The notes beneath the pieces were generated by a model that worked only from the letters and a program-made list of their open reading frames with translations, made no database searches and had not been told where the DNA came from. A stretch of DNA of 63,610 nucleotides, filler included, from Octopus bimaculoides (lineage: Eukaryota): assembly GCF_001194135.2 (NCBI RefSeq). It is 6 parts of 6 records of this genome, joined end to end, with 100 filler letters (N's around TTAATTAATTAA, not from the genome) between each part and the next. Parts side by side here need not be neighbours in the genome. Positions count along the whole stretch, not along the records: positions 48,126 to 58,180 come from NC_068989.1; positions 58,281 to 62,046 come from NC_068990.1; positions 62,147 to 63,610 come from NW_026426647.1; 3 more parts are not named here. One strand, given 5' to 3'. The translations under genes were made by a program, and so were the position numbers. How positions within the stretch are numbered: position 1 is the first letter of the stretch; the number at the start of each line of letters is the position of its first letter. This document shows, piece by piece, positions 50,353 to 63,610 of the stretch.

Positions 50353-53300
50353 TATTATATACATACATAAGAGGAGAAAATCGTAGCTTGAGTGCAATAA
50401 ACTTTAAATTTGGTTGTTCAGACCTGACCTGAAGTCAAATAACAACAATAACAATAGCAGTAGTAGCAGCAGCAGCAACAACAACAACATCACCACCAAC
50501 AACAACAATAAAGACTTATATAAAAATAATTTCTCCATCAATTTTTGTAAAGATGTAGAGCTTGCGTACTTTAACAGACCGTATAACATAACTGGTATTT
50601 TATCGGCGTCAACAAGATAAAAGATTGAATCGATCCTAATAACGAATATCGGATTTAGAAAGTAGAAGACCTGAGATTAGCATAATTCCCTTTAGTCCGA
50701 CAACTCCTGTTTCTACAGTGCCATCGCTAATGGATCTGCTTAAACACCGACAATTAAATCGAAAGCCATAAAATTGTAGATGTTACTATTGTGAATGAAT
50801 CCCACCAGAACGAAATTTCTTGTCGGTTGGTTGATATCTTCATTAGTTTTACTAATTACTAGTTTAACTAACTATTTAGGATACATATCAAATTAAAGCG
50901 ACCATTATCACAGGATGTAATAGTCTTAGCGATAAGTCTGTTTCTAAACAGCAATGTTTGACTATCAAATTAGGATATTGACTTAAAGTAAGATTCAGAT
51001 TGATAGATTCCATCATCGATTTCTGTCATGACCTTGATCACGATAAAGTGACTCCCAGCTGGAAAATGATTTATTTATGAATCAGCTAAGATCGATGATA
51101 CTGTAAACTATGGTCTGGTGAGACGCTGTTTTAACTCAAATCTTATCGGGAGGTGTTGTATTATATCAGTTTGACTTACAAGTAAAAATACAAATAGGGT
51201 TCGGTGTATTTAATTTTAAAAAGTGCTTAGAATTATTAGATGTGGCTGTTGTTGTTGATGATGGGTGAAAAATGATCAAATAGACCTATGGCCAAAAGGT
51301 GTCTCGCTATGACTATCTCGTCTTTCATTGATATAATACATCTAAGACTACATTACATAATGTATCCTGTTATTTTTTTAAGAGTGCACGATGTGATTTA
51401 ACCAAGATTTGGCAGCTATTTCTACCAAATTTCTTTCGAGGTTCTACAGCGTAGAGGCTACCCTTTTAGAGATGTGATGAATGTGTAGACTCCGTAGAAA
51501 CGGCAGGGCGCCGAACTAGCTGCTTTGCAATAAATGTCGTTTCATATTCCGCCGAGGTTGACTTTGCCTTTCATCCTTTCGGGATCGATAAATTAAGTAC
51601 CAGTTGCGTACTGGGGTCGATCCAACCGACTGGCCCCCTCCCCAAATAATTCGGGCCTTGTTCCTAGAATGCAAAAGAATAAATGTCGTTGGTCAGGAAA
51701 AGAGAAGCAATGGCCATCATGTTTGCAAGCCTTCCCGGCTTGGTAAGACTGACGTGGTTGACGTTCAATTTGAACAACCGTAGATTAGTGGTTGTTTAAA
51801 AAGTATAGACGAGATAGTAATTCCAGTGGGAGGTTGCAGTCCTGTGAGGTAGTGCAGGGTGAATGTTTAGTGCGAAATCTAGGAGGCAATGGGAGGGAGG
51901 ACAAGAGATATGTAGTGTACAACAACAGGTTGTTATTTGAGAAGAGTAAGGACCGTCGCAGAAGAGGCAGAAGGGGCAGAAGCGGTAAAAGGAGGAAACC
52001 GCACGTCTATTAATGTTTATAGTGTGTTTAAGGAAAGTGGATCATTGATTATCAATCAAATGAGTTTCATCTTGGTTCCGTCAAGTGATTTAGTCCTCAG
52101 CCATTTGTAATTTAGCACCCCGTTTCACCGAATGGCGTTTTACAAGCATTCCACCTCATGTTGTTGTACCTCTCACAAAAAGAAAAAAGACCAGCAGATA
52201 TATTTAAACGAACGGATGCAAAATTTGCGCAGAGGTTTATCATATGTCAATGTCCTACTTATATTTTTTTCATGTCAAAGATTTTTTTTTCTTGTTTAGA
52301 AAATGTGTTTAAAATATAAGCATAGGCGCAGGAGTGGCTGTGTGGTAAGTAGCTTGCTTACGAACCACATGGTTCCGGGTTCAGTCCCACTGCGTGGCAC
52401 TTTGGGCAAAGCAAGTGTCTCCGGATCTTTTTTAAAACGGGGGCCACATTTTTCATTAACGAAACACTTTGAAACTTGGAACACTGGTAGAATGTGTCAT
52501 ATAAAACATCTTTTTCTCTTAGTCTTCTTAAAAAAAAAAAAAGAAATCCATAAATTATTCCATGTTAAAGTTGTCGTATTTCTGTAATTTCAACCAATCA
52601 CTGACGTCCATTCAGCCGATATACATTAAGTGCCGACTACATAAACAAACGATNNNNNNNNNNNNNNNNNNNNNNNNNNNNNNNNNNNNNNNNNNNNNNN
52701 NNNNNNNNNNNNNNNNNNNNNNNNNNNNNNNNNNNNNNNNNNNNNNNNNNNNNNNNNNNNNNNNNNNNNNNNNNNNNNNNNNNNNNNNNNNNNNNNNNNN
52801 NNNNNNNNNNNNNNNNNNNNNNNNNNNNNNNNNNNNNNNNNNNNNNNNNNNNNNNNNNNNNNNNNNNNNNNNNNNNNNNNNNNNNNNNNNNNNNNNNNNN
52901 NNNNNNNNNNNNNNNNNNNNNNNNNNNNNNNNNNNNNNNNNNNNNNNNNNNNNNNNNNNNNNNNNNNNNNNNNNNNNNNNNNNNNNNNNNNNNNNNNNNN
53001 NNNNNNNNNNNNNNNNNNNNNNNNNNNNNNNNNNNNNNNNNNNNNNNNNNNNNNNNNNNNNNNNNNNNNNNNNNNNNNNNNNNNNNNNNNNNNNNNNNNN
53101 NNNNNNNNNNNNNNNNNNNNNNNNNNNNNNNNNNNNNNNNNNNNNNNNNNNNNNNNNNNNNNNNNNNNNNNNNNNNNNNNNNNNNNNNNNNNNNNNNNNN
53201 NNNNNNNNNNNNNNNNNNNNNNNNNNNNNNNNNNNNNNNNNNNNNNNNNNNNNNNNNNNNNNNNNNNNNNNNNNNNNNNTGTGTGTGTGTGTGTGTGTGT

Positions 53301-54019
53301 ATGTGTGTGTGTGTGTGTGTGTTTGTGTATCTGTGTTTGTCCCCCCGACAACCGATGATGGTGTGTTTGCGTCCCCGTAACTTAGCAGTTCGGCAAAGGA
53401 GACCGTTAGAATAAGTACTAGGCTTAGAAAGAATAAGTCCTGGGGTCGATTTGCTCGACTAAAGGTGGTGCTCCAGCATGGCCGCAGTCAAATGACTGAA
53501 ACAAATAAAAGAGAAAGAGAAAAGAGAATTCTTCTTGATTTCAATATTTCATTGTAAAAGGTGACGAGCTGGCAGAATCGTTAGCATACCCAGTAAAATG
53601 GTTAACGGCATTTTGTCCGTCTTTAAGTTCTGAGTTCAAAATCCGCTGAGGTCGACTTTGCCTTTCATCCTTGCGATATCGATAAAATTTCTTTTCTGAG
53701 TTCACAATACCACGAGGAGATGTCACTGCTCAAGCTAAGAATCACTTACTCCAGATTGTATATGTATGTAGTGGGAGCATAGTTCCATATACGTGAGGCG
53801 CATTTCATTCAATGTAAGTCTTATTTGAGCGTTTTTATAGAGTCAACCGACGATCAGCGGGTGAAACATTTCCTGACCGACCGGAGAAATCCTATTCACA
53901 GTGATGTGGTTTTGGCAATTAGAAACTAGTAAAATACCGCGAAACATTCAATCGACAAGTCTTGCCAGTCACTCAATTACAAAACAGTGACTTTTGTTTA
54001 GACAGACCGAATGCATAAC

Positions 54020-54053
<34 letters not shown>

Positions 54054-54711
54054 TAGGTGAAGAGACACAGATAGACTCAAGCACAAACATGCCAATAAAT
54101 GCGCTGCGTATGCCGCATTCTCTATAATGTGGGTCCCTCACACCACCTTTACTCCAGTATTACCCCAACTCTCATCATAACCCTCAACCCTCAACCTTCA
54201 ACCCGCTCCTCCCACAGCTATGATAAGACTGTCACAATGTGTCTGGTCCCCGGTCAAGATGGCTGCTGACTGGTCAAGCGTTTTAAAAACTAGAGGGAGA
54301 CATTAAAACCGCTGGTGGTAGCTGATTGTGAAGGCGCTGAATGTGGCGACGGCGTTGGCTGTTCTTTAACCCACGGTCAGCCTTTACCGTATAGATCTAC
54401 AACCAAAGATACTCCTGCCGTGACCATCACGTCTTTTTCCTATGCACAGTGGACCCGGGATCATTTTATCCAACGTGTACATTTTTGAAAGTGGTATTTA
54501 ATTTTTCTTTTTCTTGTTTCAGTCATTTGACTGCGGCCATGCTGGAGCACCGCTTTTAGTCGAATAAATCGGCCCCAGGGCCTATTCTTTGTAAGCCTAG
54601 TACTTACCCTATCGGTCTCTTTTGCCGAACTGGTAAGTTACGGCGACGTAAACACACCGACATCGATTGTCAAGCGATGGTGGGGAGAGGGACAAATACA
54701 GATACACAAAT

Positions 54712-54750
<39 letters not shown>

Positions 54751-54813
54751 CACGCACACATATATATAATATATATATATATATATAATACATACATAGA
54801 TACACACACACAA

Positions 54814-54855
<42 letters not shown>

Positions 54856-55000
54856 GTCTTGTGTCCTTTGCTGTCTATTCAGGGTTGCTGTGAAAGGAGA
54901 TTGGTCAGGGGTTACACTTGGCATGAAAAATGTAACAGGCGGTGGACATGAAGGTAATACCTGTGTCATCATAGTCTCCGGGACCAGTTTGACTCAGATT

Positions 55001-55037
<37 letters not shown>

Positions 55038-56728
55038 ACTACAATAATAATAACAACAACAACGACGACTCTACCATCGCCTTTTTTCAACAACACGGAC
55101 CAGAATTCCAAGATTCCTCATCATCCACATCAACAATAACATCATCATCAACAACAACCACAACAGCAATGATGCTCTTGATGCTAGTAGCATCATCATC
55201 AGCAGCAGTAGCAACATCAACATCACCGGTGTCATTATCGCCGTCATCGTAGTTGTTGTCGACGTCATTCTCCTCTTTCCTCCTCTACTACCCCAACTCC
55301 TCCCCACCATTTCCTCCCCTCCTCTCTCCCATCCCCTCCCACCCACCTCTCCCCCCANNNNNNNNNNNNNNNNNNNNNNNNNNNNNNNNNNNNNNNNNNN
55401 NNNNNNNNNNNNNNNNNNNNNNNNNNNNNNNNNNNNNNNNNNNNNNNNNNNNNNNNNNNNNNNNNNNNNNNNNNNNNNNNNNNNNNNNNNNNNNNNNNNN
55501 NNNNNNNNNNNNNNNNNNNNNNNNNNNNNNNNNNNNNNNNNNNNNNNNNNNNNNNNNNNNNNNNNNNNNNNNNNNNNNNNNNNNNNNNNNNNNNNNNNNN
55601 NNNNNNNNNNNNNNNNNNNNNNNNNNNNNNNNNNNNNNNNNNNNNNNNNNNNNNNNNNNNNNNNNNNNNNNNNNNNNNNNNNNNNNNNNNNNNNNNNNNN
55701 NNNNNNNNNNNNNNNNNNNNNNNNNNNNNNNNNNNNNNNNNNNNNNNNNNNNNNNNNNNNNNNNNNNNNNNNNNNNNNNNNNNNNNNNNNNNNNNNNNNN
55801 NNNNNNNNNNNNNNNNNNNNNNNNNNNNNNNNNNNNNNNNNNNNNNCTTCCCCTCCTCTTCCCCTCCTCTTCCCCTCCTCCTCCCCTTCTCATCATTATC
55901 ATCGAAGCGATGGCGGCGATATTATCTTGACCATCATTATTATCAAGCAAAGCAGACAGAACGAAATGGACGGTCATGAGAGACAGACAGACAGACAGAC
56001 AGATAGGAAGCTAGCTAGAAAGGGAGAGGGAGAGGGAGAGGGAGAGAGAGAAGGCAAAGGAGAGCGAAAGAAAGGAAGAAACGGCAATAACGATAGGCGA
56101 CTTCAAGAGCAGTAAGCATCTGTCTCACTTGAGTCTCTGTTGGACTTAAACAAACATAAACAAACAAACAATTAAAACATATATATGTTTTACGATTCCC
56201 TCGCGACTCATTCCAGCGACCATCACGCCTCACGCCTTACGCCCGATTGATTCCGACTGAACAAGATACGACAGGTTAGTAGAGCGAAGACAGTATTGGT
56301 GGCCACCAAGAGTGTCATTGTTGGTAAAGACGATGGAAGTGGTGAGTAAAACGATGTGAAATGACTGACTGAAATCTTAGCCATCTTAATTACCAATAAA
56401 ATAAATTGCTCTTTTACTGTTACTATTGATTGCATCGTCTCGTTTCTCAGGCTCTCGTGTGAAAAGTTTAGAGCAGGAGTCGGAGAACTTTTTTTAACCA
56501 ATTACCCAGAATATATTTATTTACGCCGACGTTACCCCCTTGTTTTGAAAGGGAGAAAATTGTAGATTCTTTGAATCCAAAAGGCTTATTGACTCTATTT
56601 TATTAAATCTATTTATATGAATCTGTTTACACGTCCATTACATTGGACAGATGCAGTGTTGCCAGAAGAAAAATTTCTATCGTAACAAGGATCAAATTTA
56701 TTTTTATATAACTTAACTTGTCTAATAT

Positions 56729-57027
56729 AGGCGTAGGAGTGGCTGTGTGGTAAGTAGCTTGCTTACCAACCACATGGTTCTGGGTTCAGTCCCACTGTGT
56801 GGCACCTTGGGCAAGTGTCTTCTACTCTAGCCTCGGGCCGACCAAAGCCTTGTGAGTGGATTTGGTAGACGGAAACTGAAAGAAGCCCGTCGTATATATG
56901 TATATATATGTATGTGTGTATATATGTTTGTGTGTCTGTGTCCCCCCAACATCGCTTGACAATCGATGGTGGTGTGTTTAGGTCTCCGTAACTTAGCGGT
57001 TCGGCAAAAGAAACCGATAGAATAAGT
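56729..57027 (+). mobile_element. SINE family B copy (truncated by gap)
   Basis: Near-identical to 22191-22594 over head, body and internal microsatellite. Confidence 0.9.
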
Positions 57028-57639
57028 NNNNNNNNNNNNNNNNNNNNNNNNNNNNNNNNNNNNNNNNNNNNNNNNNNNNNNNNNNNNNNNNNNNNNNNNN
57101 NNNNNNNNNNNNNNNNNNNNNNNNNNNNNNNNNNNNNNNNNNNNNNNNNNNNNNNNNNNNNNNNNNNNNNNNNNNNNNNNNNNNNNNNNNNNNNNNNNNN
57201 NNNNNNNNNNNNNNNNNNNNNNNNNNNNNNNNNNNNNNNNNNNNNNNNNNNNNNNNNNNNNNNNNNNNNNNNNNNNNNNNNNNNNNNNNNNNNNNNNNNN
57301 NNNNNNNNNNNNNNNNNNNNNNNNNNNNNNNNNNNNNNNNNNNNNNNNNNNNNNNNNNNNNNNNNNNNNNNNNNNNNNNNNNNNNNNNNNNNNNNNNNNN
57401 NNNNNNNNNNNNNNNNNNNNNNNNNNNNNNNNNNNNNNNNNNNNTGAAATGGACGTGCGCGCGCGCCTGTGTGTGCCTGTGTGTGTGTATGTGAGAGAGA
57501 AAGAGGATGAGAAAGAGAGATAGAATGAATGAGTGAAGTTGTGTGTCATTGACTTACGTTGGCTGGCACGGCAAGTACGAAGCTTTTGAGGCGGCAGATG
57601 ACTGGGGTGATTTGGAAGATGTGAAGAAATGCCGTCTTT

Positions 57640-58034
57640 TCAGTGGAGCGCTTCTTTGTAGGCAACGCTTCTCGTTTTCCCTTCTGATGCACAAATGTAT
57701 AGACTTTGTGACCTGTCAACAAGGGAGCATCCAACGTAATGTTGACCGTGAGAGAACACTTGCACGGTGAGATTTAAACCAACCATTTGCAATGATTGAC
57801 CCTGTGCCATATTTATTGTCATTGAAAATGAGATTTTGATAGGAATTTGAAGCCGCTTAAACTTGTAGATCGTATCGGAGAGAAGGAGAGGCATTGGAGT
57901 TATAAGAGCGTATGGATCAGCGGCCGGGCCAGTAAAGATGGTTGCCTGTAGAACTCGAGAGTATCAATTTTGATTATCATGCGCGTGCCGTTACACATTC
58001 TTGGAGCACCCAAATTCCGCAGCAACATGAGGGG
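57640..58034 (-). mobile_element. Helitron PIF1-like helicase C-terminal fragment
   Basis: PLMLLRNLGAPRMCNGTRMIIK, then (frameshift) ATIFTGP...PMPLLLSDTIYKFKRLQIPIKISFSMTINMAQGQSLQMVGLNLTVQVFSHGQHYVGCS. These are the PIF1 motifs typical of Helitron RepHel. Confidence 0.88.
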
Positions 58035-58051
58035 TACGCCAAAATTAAGAT

Positions 58052-58180
58052 GGAAGTAATTCCTACAACTCCTCAGAATTTTCCAGGAAGTAATTCCTCC
58101 CCTCCTCGGAACTTTCCACGAAGTAATTCGTCCCCCTCGTCGGAAAATTCCAGGAAGTAATTCCCCCTTCCTCAGAATAT
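58052..58180. repeat. About 33-bp minisatellite (about 4 units) abutting the Helitron fragment
   Basis: Units ggaagtaattcctacaactcctcagaattttcca / ggaagtaattcctcccctcctcggaactttcca / cgaagtaattcgtccccctcgtcggaaaattcca / ggaagtaattcccccttcctcagaat run into a gap. Confidence 0.85.
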
Positions 58181-58280
58181 NNNNNNNNNNNNNNNNNNNN
58201 NNNNNNNNNNNNNNNNNNNNNNNNTTAATTAATTAANNNNNNNNNNNNNNNNNNNNNNNNNNNNNNNNNNNNNNNNNNNN

Positions 58281-58516
58281 GGTGGCACATAAAAGACACC
58301 ATTTCGAGCGTGGCCGTTTTCGTGCGGGTGACACGTAAAAGCACCCACTACACTCTCTGAGTGGTTGGCGTTAGGAAGGGCATCCAGCTGTAGAAACTCT
58401 GCCAAATCAGACTGGAGCCTGGTGTTGCCATCCGGTTTCACCAGTCCTCAGTCAAATCGTCCAACCCATGCTAGCATGGAAAGCGGACGTTAAACGATGA
58501 TGATGATGATGATGAT
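58281..58516 (+). mobile_element. RTE-type 3' UTR / RTE-tailed repeat ending in (GAT)n
   Basis: Shares ggtggcacataaaagacaccatttcgagcgtggccgttttcgtgcggg with 40013-40060 and ends catggaaagcggacgttaaacgatgatgatg. CpG-decayed relatives lie at 43740-43922 and 44140-44325. Confidence 0.8.
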
Positions 58517-58725
58517 ATACACACATATATATATATATATACACATATATACATACATACATATAAAATATGTCGGTGAAAAATGTGAATGAAAGCTAAA
58601 TAGAGGGAAGATGAGCTTTGAGGAGAGCAATGAAAGGACCGAAACATACCGAGAAAGATACAAGGTGAGAAAAAGTAAAACAAGCAAACATCAGATCATT
58701 GGGTAGATGGGGGAGAGAAAATGTG

Positions 58726-58787
<62 letters not shown>

Positions 58788-59880
58788 TTACACGCATACA
58801 TGCATACACACACTCGCATATATATATCAGGAGAGAGAGAGGAGAAATGGGAGAAGATAATTGTGAAGCATTCCTGATTCAAAGTGATTCCAAGAAACGC
58901 TGCCTGGTGGAAAGGTCACCAAATAATGTAGAATTCTTTGATAAGTTGTGTTAAATAGAGATTACGTAAAATGTACATATGCTGCCAATGTACGTAGTTA
59001 TAGTTCTTCGCACGTTACACATAAATGCATCGCGTGTGTGTATATGTATGCGTATATGTACACACATATGAGCGCGCGCACATATATGTATGTATGTGTG
59101 TGTGTGTGTGTGCGTGCGTTTGTACATATATAATATCTTTTTGTTTTTTGTTTTTTTCTTGTGTGCTTTACTTGGGATTAAATCCATTTTCCGAATGTTC
59201 CAAATTGATGTTTATAAGTGACGATTGCCCAGCCCGATCTGCCTCCGCTCACAACAAAACGGTTGGTGTACTTTACGCAAGCTGAAATCTAGTTCAGAAT
59301 GAGACATCTTGTTCGATATCAAACGGCGTAAAATTTAACCATTGTCCGTAAGAAAGTAGAATAGAAAGGGAAGAGAGGCGGCGGTATGATAGAGATAAAG
59401 AGTGACGATACTTAGTCTTTCTTAATTCATATTGCAAACATATTCTCTGTTTAATATGAAATTAATAGATAACTGGGTATTCCAACCATTTATTTTACAT
59501 TATATTTATGCGTCTTGGCTTCTAAAGCTTCCTCAGTATAGCTCTGCATCACAGGTTTATTAATATATTCCTACATATATATATATACGTCCCTCCTCCA
59601 CATACTTAATACTGACGCGGTAACAATTCTGAAAGCACGCCGCCATTAATAGTGTCTCATTTTGGTACGTAGTCCAGCAATTTTGTTGGGAGGAGATTAA
59701 TCGATTACATCGACCCCAGTGCTCAACTCTGGAGGGATGAAAGACAAAGTTGACTTCTGGGAGATTTGATGGCAGAACGTAAAGAGTCGGAATAAATACA
59801 GCGGGGCAATCTTTTTCGATGGTCTATGATAATAATGATAAAAATTGTGTGTACACGTGAGTGAGAGAATGTATGTATGT

Positions 59881-59911
<31 letters not shown>

Positions 59912-60082
59912 ACAACAACAACCTACATCTACATACATCATCCTCATTTATTGCGGTGCTGGGGTTTGGTTCCAAAAAAAAAAAAAAAGCAGTGATAAAC
60001 GAATCAGTGATAAATGAATCTTTTCCATGCACTTTGTAAATGGAACGAATGGTAAATTCATTGACACCGAACTCGATGCCCA

Positions 60083-60271
60083 CAGGTACGTAGCTAGGTA
60101 TGTAGGTGGGGAGCGGTAGGAGCTGTCCGGCCCGGGCGGCCCTTTTAAAGAGGTAGCACTTTTCATCCTGTTGTAGGCTATTGCTGTAGGCATATGTTAT
60201 TTTTGAGGGGTCCGGGGGCGGCAAACGGAAGGGCCGCCCCGGGCCACATACACACTCTAGCTACGCTATTG
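60083..60271. mobile_element. Small GC-rich MITE-like element with bipartite inverted repeats
   Basis: cgtagctag / ctagctacg near the ends and ggcccgggcggccc / gggccgccccgggcc internally form inverted pairs. Confidence 0.6.
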
Positions 60272-60405
60272 CTCGCAGTACAATCATGTAAACGCAAACA
60301 ATTGTTAAGGCATTCTGCGTAGCTGGGTATTGTGTGGTTACTGGGGTGCATTTTTGCTGTAAAAGCAAGGATATCTGACTGATCGTCGACCAGTGTTTTA
60401 CCGGA

Positions 60406-60444
<39 letters not shown>

Positions 60445-60541
60445 CTTACATGCATACAAACACATGCGTGAACGCACAGATACACACAGACACTCAGTCT
60501 AATGAGTAAAACCAGTAGTAAAAGTATTCACTCTGACAGCA

Positions 60542-60578
<37 letters not shown>

Positions 60579-61777
60579 CACACGCATGAACACACATACA
60601 TACGCACACATGAACACACACGCACACTCACACAAACAGAGAGACAGACAGACAGAAAGACAAACACACACACACAAAAAATAACAATCGCGTCAGCAGA
60701 AGCTCTTGCTTATCCTTCCTATCTCAGTCCTAAGTCAACCCATAGGTCAAACAAACGATATTTACGTACATCAACGTCAATAAGACCTATATCTATTGGA
60801 CGCCCTTCCGCCCCCACCCCATCATCTAGCTACTGATGACCCCTGAATGATCATACTTCCGACCGAAGAGTTCTCGGTTTTGACATTATCACACACAGAG
60901 CCTATCAGCAAACGCTCTATCTGAAGCTATCGTGTTACATGTACGGATGGAAATGATTCGTAGGGAAAGCAAGTCTAATTTCATGGTACCATGTATGTAG
61001 GTACGAACTTCACAGCGAATGAGGGTGAGATTGGGGAAAGATGGAGTGAAAAGGGCGGTGGAGAGAATTAGAGAGAGGGAAAGAGGGAGAATGTGGAAAA
61101 GAGATAAAAGGAAAGTAAAATAAAGAAATAAGGAAGTGGAAGACATTTTAAGAATCTAAAGACAAAGAATAAAATAACTTATACATACACATACTGTTTC
61201 CCACCCTAATTCTTAATTTTAGTCAGTTGAAATTCTACGAGTTCTCTCCCTTTAATTTTTTTTTCCTGCCATAGTGTAATGTTCATTAACGGTATATTCG
61301 TTAACGCTAACGAACTCAATTACGATTTCAATTAATTAAAAACTATTAAATATAGCAACCTGTACTTAAATGTTCTTCATGCAGAAGGCATCCGTGGGAA
61401 ATTTTCCGATGTCATTATTCTAACTTGCTTTAACCAGTGAATTATTTTCACATTGAAACTACATGGTCTCTAAATCGTTTTATCAGCCAGCTTTCTAGGA
61501 AGTAGAACCTGGAACTACCTGACTACAAAACAAATTTCGTCACCACACAGTTACTCCCTTGTGTCCACCGTCTTAGTACATATCTATTGCTTGTTGTAGT
61601 CATTGGACTGCGGTTATGCTGGGGCAACACTTAGTCGAACAAATCGACCCCAGTACTAATCCTGTCAATCGCTTTTATTTTTACTAAACCGCTTTGTTAC
61701 GGGAGAACAAACAAACCAACACCGGTTGTCTAGCAGTAGTGTGAGATAAACATAACAGAAATATATGTATATATATG

Positions 61778-61813
<36 letters not shown>

Positions 61814-61846
61814 GGGAATTTTCAATGGCCAGATAACTGAAGTAAT

Positions 61847-62020
61847 GGCGTAGGAGTGGCTGTGTGGTAAGTAGCTTGCTTACCAACCACATGGTTCCGG
61901 GTTCAGTCCCACTGCGTGGCACCTTAGGCAAGTGTCTTCTACTATAGCCTCGGGCCGACCACAGCCTTGTGAGTGGATTTGGTAGACAGAAACTGAAAGA
62001 AGCCCATCGTATATATGTAT
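61847..62020 (+). mobile_element. SINE family B 5' half
   Basis: Near-identical to the 22191 head and body. Other partial copies lie at about 4690-4850(-), 14022-14310(-), 14790-14940(-), 17985-18110(+), 18340-18720(+), 27630-27870(+), 29670-29800(-), 43930-44130(-), 52322-52410(+), 53330-53520(+), 54505-54700(-) and 61590-61760(-). Confidence 0.85.
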
Positions 62021-62435
62021 ATATATGGTCTGTCTGTCTGTCTGTCNNNNNNNNNNNNNNNNNNNNNNNNNNNNNNNNNNNNNNNNNNNNTTAATTAATT
62101 AANNNNNNNNNNNNNNNNNNNNNNNNNNNNNNNNNNNNNNNNNNNNCAATTCCTATCATAGTAGGTGCCTGAGGTATAATAAAAAAATATTCAGACGAAT
62201 ACATAACAAAGACACCAGGACTTACAAATATATATATAACATACAGAAAATTGCACTACTGGGCACTGCACACATCCTACGCAAAACACTTTCAATACAG
62301 TAACCATAAGAGCATCACAGCAAACCACAGCACATACCTAAGGCACACAGAGTTGCGCTCGGTAGTGAAGCGAAAGCACGTTATAAAAATAAAACTACTG
62401 AACAATAATAATAATAATAATAATAACAACAACAA

Positions 62436-63610
62436 TGTGTCATCAACATACAACGTAGAATAGCCCAGACTGGTTGACATAGGGAGTGACATACTTAATA
62501 CTAAAAACAAATGACGCAGAAAACCAAAAGAACTATAGGCCAATCACCTGTCTACCAACAATGTATAAAATATTAACCTCTGTAATCACTGAGAGAACAT
62601 ACACATTCCTAGAAGAAAACAACCTACTACCACCAGAACAAAAAGGTTGTCGAAGAGAGAGCTACGGATGCAAGGACCAAGTGCTGATAAATAAAATGAT
62701 CCTTGAAGACTGCAAAACCAGGAAATCGAACCTGAGAACATCATGGATCGACTATAAAAAGGCGTTCGATAGTGTACCTCACTCATGGATTCTGAAAGAG
62801 ATAGAAGTATAAAAAGTATCCCCAAGTTTATGAAACACAGCATGAATAGATGGGAAACTACGTTGACGCTGAACCATTCCAGTGGATCAATAACAAGCAG
62901 ACCAATCAAAATCAAAAGTTGTATCTTGAAAGGGGACACACTGTCACCCTTAATATTCTTGGCACTGGCACTATTAAGTACCATGCTCAACAAAACCGGG
63001 TATGGATATCAGATCAAGAAGGAAAAGGGAGCTACCTGTTCTACATGGATTATCTGAAAATGTACTCAAAAGATTACGAACAACAAGGTCTACTTGCTAC
63101 GGTGAGAGAAGTTCAGTGATGATATCACGATGCAGTTTGGACTGGAGAAATGCACGAAAACCACTTTCATAAGAGGCAAATTGGCATGTTCTGCGAATAT
63201 CCTCGTAGATACAGAAGCAAGAACCCGAGCACTGAACCAGGAAGAAACATATAAATACCTTGGCATAGACGAAAGTAACGGCATAAAACATTCAGCAATG
63301 AAAGAGAAGATTAAAAAAGAGTACTACAGGAGAGTACGGTTAGTAACAAAGATTGAACTCAACGCTGAAAACAAAATAGAAGCCATTAATACTCTTGCAG
63401 TACCAATCGTAGCTTACAGTTTCATCATAATCAACTGGAAAATGAGCGAAATAAAGAAGCTAGACTCCAAGACCAGAAAACTAATAACCATGGCTCGAAT
63501 GAACCACCCAAAAGCGGACGTGAACAGGATTTATTTACCGAGAAGCATGGGAGGAAGTGAACTAACTCAATTAGAATTATCTTACAAAACCACCACTGTA
63601 GGATTAAATA
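62436..63610 (+). mobile_element. 5'-truncated R4/Dong-clade LINE (RT), inactivated, running off the window end
   Basis: PDWLT*GVTYLILK, KNYRPITCLPTMYKILT, PEQKGCRRESYGCKDQVLINK, WIDYKKAFDSVPHSWI, GDTLSPLIF, YMDYLKMY (YMDD mutated), FGLEKC, YKYLGI and MKEKIKKEYYRRVR. Contains stops and frameshifts. Confidence 0.92.

Noticed and set aside
58052-58180. CRISPR-like direct repeats
   Set aside because: The units are contiguous with no unique spacers, the context is eukaryotic and there are no cas genes.

Overview
AT-rich, gap-riddled animal genomic DNA dominated by transposable elements and microsatellites. The SINE and LINE landscape looks like an octopus or other coleoid cephalopod (inference, not a database result). 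Only one host-gene exon is firmly recognisable: an internal coding exon of an MCC (mutated in colorectal cancer) orthologue at 40783-41044 on the - strand. The rest is mostly mobile DNA: three R4/Dong-like LINE pieces, a decayed near full-length L1/Tx1-like LINE, RTE fragments, a Penelope-like element with direct and inverted terminal repeats, mariner, Merlin/IS1595-like and Helitron fragments, three MITEs, dozens of tRNA-derived SINEs, and a purine-rich minisatellite. Five 44N-TTAATTAATTAA-44N spacers are artificial contig joins. The most notable observations are (1) several decayed hammerhead-ribozyme-like motifs with palindromic stem III, three of them inside a 1.2 kb tandem-plus-inverted repeat, and (2) a sharply bounded CpG-decay domain that coincides with the MCC-bearing segment between two artificial joins. 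No prokaryotic features such as CRISPR arrays or operons were seen. Most repeat boundaries are approximate (about +/-20 bp) because they were aligned by eye.
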